The notes below the pieces were generated by a model. That model was not told where the DNA came from, did no database searches, and saw nothing but the letters and a program-made list of their open reading frames with translations. Position numbers and translations under genes: made by a program. Positions 56,832-64,000 of a DNA stretch of 64,000 nucleotides are shown piece after piece (position 1 is the stretch's first letter; every line of letters begins with the position of its first letter). The DNA is from an uncultured virus (IMG/VR IMGVR_UViG_3300025529_000271) (taxonomy: Duplodnaviria > Heunggongvirae > Uroviricota > Caudoviricetes). The stretch is from IMG/VR virus record IMGVR_UViG_3300025529_000271. The stretch is one strand, 5' to 3'.

Positions 56832-57249
56832 CGTGGTGGCGTTTGTTATAGTCGTGGCGTTTATCGCTTATGACTTGATTGTCGGCTCACCCTACCGAGC
56901 GGAATTAAATAGGACGAAGCATGAGTTGACTGCTTATTTCACGGCAAAGTCGTTGGTTTTGGAGTTACCCGACATCTTATATTTTAGTTCGGAAGAAGAC
57001 TTCCAGTCTAAGCGCCAGCGTTATTTCTCTCGCATGACATCGGACTTTTGGTTGAACTACTTTTCTTCCTATCAGGAAGGAACTTACTATCCACTGGCGG
57101 TCAAACGTATTGTTGGTCAACCTTCTCCTTCCGGGGATTTCGTCTTTAAGGCGGATTTGGTTCAGCGTACCCCAACCGGGGATCGCCAGTTTACAACCTT
57201 GATCATCTTTGAAGAAGGACGCATAGCAAATTTATACAAGGTGTTCTAG
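56800..57249 (+). CDS. bitopic membrane protein (possible NTF2/VirB8-like)
   Basis: AAGGAGG before TTG 56800; TM then helices and terminal beta strands. Confidence 0.6.
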   Translation: MTWRRLFTLSSVVAFVIVVAFIAYDLIVGSPYRAELNRTKHELTAYFTAKSLVLELPDILYFSSEEDFQSKRQRYFSRMTSDFWLNYFSSYQEGTYYPLAVKRIVGQPSPSGDFVFKADLVQRTPTGDRQFTTLIIFEEGRIANLYKVF

Positions 57250-57279
57250 GTTTCTAGAACACCTTTTCTATTAGGAGGT

Positions 57280-57726
57280 ATGAACGTGAGACGTTTGCTG
57301 TTTGTTCTTGTACTCGGGGCGCTCCCTCTACTACTCTCGGCTTGTGGGGTATCTTCGGAAACTTTTGCGCGTGAGATTGAGGAATATAATGGAGTTGTGG
57401 AAAGTACATTAGATTCCTACCTCTCTGCTAAGAGCTTAGCTGAGAAAAATCGTGATGTTTTGATTGACTTCGTTACTACTGGAGAGAACTCTGGAAATTT
57501 AACTATCCCAGAAGGGTTCTCTTTTTCGGAAGAAGTGCGAAATATTTTGGGGACTCTCCCCTACGACACTCCGGCATATGAAGCCTTTTTCACGGCATTC
57601 GGGTATAATGGGGTTCGTCATTTTATGCTGTTTAGTGCGGCGGACTTCAGATATCGTGTAGAGGCTATTTGGACACCTCAAGGTTTAGAAAAGATCGAAG
57701 TGGGGGTATTACGCGATGGTCGATAA
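57280..57726 (+). CDS. lipoprotein
   Basis: lipobox LSAC. Confidence 0.75.
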   Translation: MNVRRLLFVLVLGALPLLLSACGVSSETFAREIEEYNGVVESTLDSYLSAKSLAEKNRDVLIDFVTTGENSGNLTIPEGFSFSEEVRNILGTLPYDTPAYEAFFTAFGYNGVRHFMLFSAADFRYRVEAIWTPQGLEKIEVGVLRDGR

Positions 57727-58228
57727 ATCTTCGGTTGTTGAAGATAGAAACATTTCTATGCAACCTAAGAAACGATGGAAGAAGATCTTGTATTGGGGTG
57801 TGTTTTCAGTGTCGTTTGTGATCATGGTGTGGGTGGTGGTTATGGGGGTGTGGGAGAATAAGCAAATCGCTTATGTTAACTCCACCATGAATCCGCACTT
57901 TTTGTTGTATGAGGATCACAAGCAGACGGTGATTACGGAGGTACGTAACTTTTTCTTGGTTTCGGATGCAACATCGTATCAATCTTCTAAGTCAAGTCCA
58001 AAATTGTCGGAAAACGTTGTAAGCTCGTTATATGGTAAGTCATATGATCCCTATCGTTTCATTGGGGCTTCTAAGGTTTCGTTTGTCGAGGTGCAGTATC
58101 AGCTTGGTGATCCGCTGTTTACGGACTACTATGTCCTTTTGAATTTTGAGAAGGATGGGCAAACCTATACTGCACGGGTGTTGGTGACAGTTATCAACGG
58201 TATTATTGAAGACTTTAGGTTTGTTTGA
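57716..58228 (+). CDS. bitopic membrane protein (possible NTF2/VirB8-like)
   Basis: basic N-terminus, single TM, C-terminal beta strands. Confidence 0.6.
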   Translation: MVDKSSVVEDRNISMQPKKRWKKILYWGVFSVSFVIMVWVVVMGVWENKQIAYVNSTMNPHFLLYEDHKQTVITEVRNFFLVSDATSYQSSKSSPKLSENVVSSLYGKSYDPYRFIGASKVSFVEVQYQLGDPLFTDYYVLLNFEKDGQTYTARVLVTVINGIIEDFRFV

Positions 58229-58240
58229 GGAGGATAAGGG

Positions 58241-59269
58241 ATGGAACCTACTCGCGAGAATACCTCTCATATTGAAATACCCTTGACTTTTGACTCGAAG
58301 CGGCGTGGAAAGCCTAGTACAGCTTCTAAGGTATTTCTTGGGATTGGGCTTACGCTGGTTTGGGGTTTTCTTATGTTTCTTACGCTTGCCGCGTCCACGC
58401 TTGGGCGAACTCTGCTTTGGATGGTGGTAGTGACTATCGCGTACATTTACGTCATGCGTTTTCTTCTTTTCCGGGAGCATTATTATCGGGAGAAGCGGGC
58501 GACGTTGGAAGAGTCGAACTATATGTTCGGAACAAATTTGTTGTGGTCGATTGTGGAGGTATCGAACACCTTTCCGTATGTGGTAACGTTCCGTAACGGT
58601 TATCGTGGGGTCTTCATCGCTCTCGATAAGGGGGTAATCGTCGGTAAGGAAGACGATTATGTTTTTGACCATCATCAGGCTATAGCGGATGTTTATAAGG
58701 AATTGGCGAAGGCAGAAATTGAGTTTACGCATATTGATTACATGGACAGCATCGGAAAAGATTCTCGTTTGAATAACCTTTTTAGCGCCGCCGCTTCGAT
58801 TGATGGGAAGAATCTTCGTTACCTCATCACTATGAAGTACGATTATCTGGAGAAAGCGATGCAACGGGCATTTTCTACTTACGATGTGTACTGTTTGTAT
58901 TGGCGGAAGGACGATCATGACGCTCTTTTGGATATCCGTGAAGCGGTGTCTGGTTTTAAGCGGGCGAACTTTGCGCGTATTCGGTACCTTAACAAGTATA
59001 TGATTGGTCAACTAGTGCAAACGGTGTTTAACTTGGAGTCCTTCTCACCCAATAATGCTATTGAGAATGTACTTAATAGTCGCGAGTTGAGCGCACCGCT
59101 CACAGTAATTTGGGGAGAAAAGGACGGAGTTAAGACCGTCTTTAACCTTACTTCTGAAGAGAAGAGAGCCAATATGCGTGTATCTGCTGGGGAGCGTAAG
59201 CTCAAACGGAAGCGCACTTGGTTTAAGCGTAAAAATGAGCAACCGGACGAGGAGATTTCGTTGGATTAA
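58241..59269 (+). CDS. two-TM protein, possible PrgI/VirB3-like component
   Basis: GAGGAGG RBS; two adjacent TM helices then cytoplasmic domain. Confidence 0.55.
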   Translation: MEPTRENTSHIEIPLTFDSKRRGKPSTASKVFLGIGLTLVWGFLMFLTLAASTLGRTLLWMVVVTIAYIYVMRFLLFREHYYREKRATLEESNYMFGTNLLWSIVEVSNTFPYVVTFRNGYRGVFIALDKGVIVGKEDDYVFDHHQAIADVYKELAKAEIEFTHIDYMDSIGKDSRLNNLFSAAASIDGKNLRYLITMKYDYLEKAMQRAFSTYDVYCLYWRKDDHDALLDIREAVSGFKRANFARIRYLNKYMIGQLVQTVFNLESFSPNNAIENVLNSRELSAPLTVIWGEKDGVKTVFNLTSEEKRANMRVSAGERKLKRKRTWFKRKNEQPDEEISLD

Positions 59270-59284
59270 CGAGGGGGTATTCAT

Positions 59285-61630
59285 ATGAAGCTCGGTATTA
59301 TCGGTAAGAAAGCACGGGCGGATCAGTTGAAACAACTCATTCTTGGTCGCTTTGACAATATTCAGATCACCACTTATAATTCCGTGCAGGACTTTATGCG
59401 GGAGACGCAAGTTCGTCGTATTGATCATGATCGGTTGTTGATTCTGCAAAATGCCTTTGATTTCGAGAATCTCTCGGAGCATGTGAAACCCGAGGAAGTT
59501 TTGTCGTCGTTCAATACTTATCTTTACGAACGCTTTTTTGGTTGTCGCGTGATCTTCATTACTACTGGGGAAACGGTTTATCGTCTGTTTAATCGAATCT
59601 TTTCTTCTATCTACACAGCGGTTGTTCTCTGTGAGAAGGTTAAGCCCTCCTTTATTTTCACGGTAGTTGAGTGGGATATTGACCGTATTAAAAAGACATA
59701 TTGTGAAGATGCATTGAGTACTGCTGGTGACGGGGAAGACCTTATCAATGAGACTATCGAGTCCAAGCCCAAGTCTACTTCTCAACCAAAGAAACCTGTA
59801 CCCCCGGAAAAGAAGAAGGATAAGGGCGGCTTGTTTGGTTTGTTCGGTAGGGGTAAGAAAAAGAAGGGACAGGAAGTGGAATCTCCCGCCACGGAAGAAG
59901 AGGTTCCCGCGTCTGAGCCTGCGCCGGAATCCTTTGAGGGGTATTTCGACAATCCAGACTCCTTACCTGAAGAGGAAACTCCAGTTTCGCTTCCCGGTTT
60001 TTCTTTTGAATCGGGTAACGATGTTGGTTTGGGGGTAAGGCTTCCAGAGGATGAATCTTCAGACGCTTGGGATACTGAGGTTCAGTCTGGTGATGAGTCT
60101 GCGTTTTCGTCCGAAACATCGGAGGTTTCTCCTTTCGGAGAGCCTATGGCAGACGATGACTTCCCGCCGGAAGATGTCTGGGACACTCCTTCGGGTAGTG
60201 AGGAGTTGTTTCCTTCGTCGGGAGATCAGTCTTCTTTGGAGGGGTGGGGGTCGCCATCTGATGAAGGTGTTTTCCCTTCGAGTGGGAAGGATAGTTCTCT
60301 TGAAGGTTCGTCTGGGGATGAGGGTCATTCTGCCAATGGTGATGACTCTTGGATGGATTTCACGGTTCGTGGTGGGGGTATTTCATGGGGAGGTGCTGGT
60401 GATGAGGATTCTTCATCACTCGGTGGCACTTCTACTCCTTCGGTAGAGTCGGAATCATCCGATGGCGTTTTTGCGGATGCAGAAGGGGACGAGGATAATT
60501 GGGGTTTGGATACAGAAGAGATCGATTCATCCTCTGAGTCGATTACTGCTTTTGAGCCTGAGTCGGAGTCTCCTTCTTCATCTGAATTTGAAACTCCATC
60601 TGCTTCGACTACCATTCAGTACCCGGAAGAGTCAGATACACCAAGACGGAGTGAAGATACCTCTTGGCAAGATAAAACACGTCGTTTGACCGAGTTGGGG
60701 GAAAAACTTAAACAAGAAAATGTTCCACCCATTCCTGACTCTGTTCCGCAAGTATTTGCCCCGAAAATTATCACGCCTTCGGTCGAAGTGGTGTCTGAGG
60801 AAGAGAACTTGGACTTACCGGATGCCGCGAAACTGGCAGAAGAGTTGGAGCGGGAGCAAGCAGAACGGAATAAAGTCGTTGTTGAGCGTGTTATTGTCAA
60901 GGAAGTGGATAGTGGACGTCGTGGGGGTAGCAGTAATGCTCCTGAACTCATCATTGTTACTGGGGATCGACGCTCGGGGGTAACGACAACTGCTTTTAAC
61001 CTTGCGGCGGCGGCTGGTCGGCGTAAGAAGACACTTTTCGTGGACTTTGATTTGAAGCGGAAGGGTTCTCTTATTTTCGGAGTTCTCGATCATTTGCTTC
61101 AAGAAGAGGAAAATGTTCAGAGAGGTCTTCTCAGCCTTAAATCTGCCGCTATGTTAGACAACGTTTCCCTTCCTTTCTTTGAAGGGGGTTTCGATTGTAT
61201 CGCAAATCTGTATGACACGGAGTTTGATGATGACCATTTGCAACTTCTGCAAGACGTCTTCATCGCTCAGCGTTTGTATCGCACTGTTGTTTTTGATTGT
61301 CCTGCTGAGAATCTGAAATATTTCCCGGATCTGGTTCAGTACGCTTCTGTGGTCTTTTGTTTGGAGGATGATTTGGGGAGTGCGTTGAACTCGTTTATTA
61401 CTTTAGATACTGCGTTCCCGGACAATCGGCATAAGGTTAGACTGTTTAGTAATCTGCATTATTTCCTCGCTAAAGGCGGAAACCCGGAAATGCATTATCG
61501 GAACATGGCGTATATCGCTGATCTGTTTGATCTCAGTGAAAAGGAGATCGATTGGAGTAAGGTTCCTCTGATCGTTCCGTCCGTGGGTGGGGTGAATATG
61601 TACGTTGAGGTTTTGAGCAACATCAGTTAA
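59285..61630 (+). CDS. MinD/ParA/CpaE-like ATPase with N-terminal receiver-like domain and long acidic linker
   Basis: deviant Walker A VTGDRRSGVTT, LFVDFD, VVFDCP. Confidence 0.7.
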   Translation: MKLGIIGKKARADQLKQLILGRFDNIQITTYNSVQDFMRETQVRRIDHDRLLILQNAFDFENLSEHVKPEEVLSSFNTYLYERFFGCRVIFITTGETVYRLFNRIFSSIYTAVVLCEKVKPSFIFTVVEWDIDRIKKTYCEDALSTAGDGEDLINETIESKPKSTSQPKKPVPPEKKKDKGGLFGLFGRGKKKKGQEVESPATEEEVPASEPAPESFEGYFDNPDSLPEEETPVSLPGFSFESGNDVGLGVRLPEDESSDAWDTEVQSGDESAFSSETSEVSPFGEPMADDDFPPEDVWDTPSGSEELFPSSGDQSSLEGWGSPSDEGVFPSSGKDSSLEGSSGDEGHSANGDDSWMDFTVRGGGISWGGAGDEDSSSLGGTSTPSVESESSDGVFADAEGDEDNWGLDTEEIDSSSESITAFEPESESPSSSEFETPSASTTIQYPEESDTPRRSEDTSWQDKTRRLTELGEKLKQENVPPIPDSVPQVFAPKIITPSVEVVSEEENLDLPDAAKLAEELEREQAERNKVVVERVIVKEVDSGRRGGSSNAPELIIVTGDRRSGVTTTAFNLAAAAGRRKKTLFVDFDLKRKGSLIFGVLDHLLQEEENVQRGLLSLKSAAMLDNVSLPFFEGGFDCIANLYDTEFDDDHLQLLQDVFIAQRLYRTVVFDCPAENLKYFPDLVQYASVVFCLEDDLGSALNSFITLDTAFPDNRHKVRLFSNLHYFLAKGGNPEMHYRNMAYIADLFDLSEKEIDWSKVPLIVPSVGGVNMYVEVLSNIS

Positions 61631-61643
61631 GGGTGGCGATAAA

Positions 61644-63137
61644 ATGGTGCATCTCGTCAGTGCGACGGTAACCCTTGAGGGGGTAAACTGTGTTAAATCT
61701 CTGACAGAACTGCCAGAGGATATCGAGTCTATCGATTGTTTGGTATATCACTCGTCTGTTGATTCGGACGTTAACATAGCGATGTATTTGAGTGGGCTTA
61801 AAGGTAAGGGTTTGAAGATTCTGTATATCAACAAGGTCTTTGAACCCTTGCTTTTGGTTATCTTTTCAGCACTTTCTGCGGATTTTCATGACTATGAGGA
61901 CGCTCTTTATGACAAGTCTTTGTTGGACGAACTTATCGCAGACTATGGGAACTACGGTATCCCCTTGAACAACTTTACGGAGGACATTTCGGTACTTCGC
62001 AAGTTTATCTCCACGGTTGGGGGTAACGATTCCTCTAAACGGAATGAGCTGATCGCCCGCAAGGTTAACTTGGCTCTCGATAACATCACTGAAGCCTTGA
62101 CTGTAGCTTCAAACTCCAATCAGCGGGTTGTTCATGCTTTAAGTGAAGCTAAGGTCATGCTCGATAGGTTAAAGGATCAGTACAAGCAGGTTTACAATAC
62201 CCTGCTTGAAGCACAGGAAGAGGTGCAAAAGCTCGACTCCCATTATGGGGAGGAGATTTCCTCTTTGCAGTCCAGTCACTTGGAGCTTTCGCAAACCATC
62301 AAGGAATATGAAACTCAGCTCTCGGAGAAGGATAAAGAACTTGCCGAGGTCAAGGGGCAGTTGCAGGAGGCACATGATAAGCTGGCTCCTAGTGAAGAGA
62401 AACTCAGGGAATATGAGGCTAGACTTCGTGAACTGGAACTGAAGCTTCGGTTGGAGAAGGAAGCTAAGGAGGAAATGGAGAAACAGCTTCGGTTGGAGCA
62501 ACAGAAGAACGTCACTAGCACCACTTTCCTCTTTCCTACGGTTATGATTCCGGTTACGACCCCGCATGTCATGTATGTTGAGGTCTTTTCACCTATCAAC
62601 TACCTCAACACTTTCATGATTATGTTCCAGCGTTGGTTGAAATACGAAGCAACTAAGCGGGTCAACAGTAAACTTCTCTTTGTCTACCCGCAACTTAAAA
62701 AGTATACGGAGCGGTACAAGCATCTTCCGCTTCTCTCCAGTTCGGGGGTAGCAACGATTGAAAGTGTGCTGAAGGAGTCTGACTATTATATCACTTATGA
62801 GCCTTATAAGCGCGTTCTCGACTTGTTCTTCCAACAGCCCAACGTGAATCTGTATATTGTTGTAGACTATTTGATGGGGGATCAGCTCTTGAAAGGTTCC
62901 CGTATGACGCGTTTTGGGGTAACTCGCGGTCAGGGCATCCCGGATTCGTCTATTCCCGAGACGCATTACATTCGCTCTTTGACTGCGAAGAGTGGGGTAA
63001 TTAAGGTCATGCACGTCAATGAGTGGTATCGTCCCGGAGGAGAACCTGCATCGGAAGCGGAACGAGTCAATGCGTTTATGAATAAGCATCGAAATATGTT
63101 TGAGTTGATTAGAAGTCATATTTTCGGGAGTGATTAA
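61644..63137 (+). CDS. coiled-coil protein
   Basis: central heptad-rich region. Confidence 0.75.
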   Translation: MVHLVSATVTLEGVNCVKSLTELPEDIESIDCLVYHSSVDSDVNIAMYLSGLKGKGLKILYINKVFEPLLLVIFSALSADFHDYEDALYDKSLLDELIADYGNYGIPLNNFTEDISVLRKFISTVGGNDSSKRNELIARKVNLALDNITEALTVASNSNQRVVHALSEAKVMLDRLKDQYKQVYNTLLEAQEEVQKLDSHYGEEISSLQSSHLELSQTIKEYETQLSEKDKELAEVKGQLQEAHDKLAPSEEKLREYEARLRELELKLRLEKEAKEEMEKQLRLEQQKNVTSTTFLFPTVMIPVTTPHVMYVEVFSPINYLNTFMIMFQRWLKYEATKRVNSKLLFVYPQLKKYTERYKHLPLLSSSGVATIESVLKESDYYITYEPYKRVLDLFFQQPNVNLYIVVDYLMGDQLLKGSRMTRFGVTRGQGIPDSSIPETHYIRSLTAKSGVIKVMHVNEWYRPGGEPASEAERVNAFMNKHRNMFELIRSHIFGSD

Positions 63138-63140
63138 CAC

Positions 63141-64000
63141 ATGTTGGGGCTTTGGGGTAAAGGTGGTTTCAGGAAGTATTGGAGGGAGACAATCTCCCTC
63201 TATGACGATATGTATTTTGCCGCGAAGACGAAGAACAACTCGGCGTTCGGGCGTGAGTTACCTCACGTTCCGGACAAAGTCGGGGTGGACTTCGTCGCGT
63301 CTTATGATGGGGAGAAAATGGTGTATTACTACGTTCTTAAGTCTTTTCCCCGTCATTTGCTTGCGGACTTTAAGGAAATCATTCGTAGCTGTTGTCGACA
63401 GGGGGTACGGGTGAATTTTATCACTACTTTTAAGCCCCACATGATCAACTGGAATTCTACGGAGATGAAGAACCGTTTGCGTGTCCTTTCTCGGGTTGAT
63501 GAGGAGCGGCAGAATAAGGAAGTCAATGCTTTTAACCTGCATAGCATTATTGGTACGATGGACAAGCAAGCTTGGATACGGGATTCCCTCTCTTATCTTT
63601 CCTTGGCGAGTGTGCGGAGAGGGCGATCCCTTTTTCGTCTTTCTATGCTTATGATGGTGTTGGGAGATCGTGGGGAAGACCTTGATATCAGTGTTCGGAG
63701 TATTGAAAAGGTGACCTCGGACTTGGGTTTGAACATGGAGCGTGTCCTTTATGATATCCCGGATGTTATTGGGCATTTCAGCCCGTACAAACGGATGTTT
63801 ACGAAGGAGTCTATGGCGATTATTCCCGAGTTGGTTATTACGGACGAGGTTGCTTCCCGTTTCAACACCTACGATCAGGGAACGCTCGGAGCGCTGGGGG
63901 TGTATGTTGGTTCGGACGTTTATTCGTTATACCCGGTATTGAAGCGTTTCAAAGCGCGGGATGACGCGGCTGAGGTTTGGCTTATTACAGCGGAAACGGG
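63141..64000 (+). CDS. VirB4-like ATPase, N-terminal part (runs off the window end; absent from the ORF track)
   Basis: manual translation open from ATG 63141 to the end, finishing GVYVGSDVYSLYPV...AEVWLITAETG, i.e. the start of a Walker A loop. Confidence 0.65.
   Translation, partial: MLGLWGKGGFRKYWRETISLYDDMYFAAKTKNNSAFGRELPHVPDKVGVDFVASYDGEKMVYYYVLKSFPRHLLADFKEIIRSCCRQGVRVNFITTFKPHMINWNSTEMKNRLRVLSRVDEERQNKEVNAFNLHSIIGTMDKQAWIRDSLSYLSLASVRRGRSLFRLSMLMMVLGDRGEDLDISVRSIEKVTSDLGLNMERVLYDIPDVIGHFSPYKRMFTKESMAIIPELVITDEVASRFNTYDQGTLGALGVYVGSDVYSLYPVLKRFKARDDAAEVWLITAET

Noticed and set aside
63130..63942. Short ORFs listed at the window end
   Set aside because: Superseded by the uninterrupted frame from ATG 63141 that runs off the window.

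Overview
The window is a dense, almost entirely + strand region with G>C and T>A skew, Bacillota-type sigmaA promoters and GGAGG ribosome-binding sites. It looks like part of a very large conjugative extrachromosomal element (megaplasmid or giant ICE-like replicon), probably from a Bacillales host. No phage structural genes, rRNA, tRNA or CRISPR array were recognised. 1-24 kb is accessory cargo: amidoligase, DUF3892, Toprim/RNase M5-like, two DprA/SLOG proteins, a nucleotidyltransferase, a type IIG restriction-modification enzyme, GNAT, macrodomain and thyA. It also holds a cluster of promoter- and terminator-bounded non-coding RNAs at 15.5-16.0 kb. 24-42 kb is an apparent core module of uncharacterised proteins (two paralog pairs and an acidic multi-repeat protein) plus class Ib nrdIEF and dnaX. 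42-64 kb is a translationally coupled membrane-protein cluster resembling an atypical Gram-positive type IV secretion/conjugation locus, ending in a truncated VirB4-like ATPase. The most striking unexplained signals are a strongly over-represented, strand-polarised hexamer GGGGTA across the whole window and a ~310-nt highly structured RNA followed by a small anti-Shine-Dalgarno RNA. All family assignments are from motif recognition by eye, not database searches.
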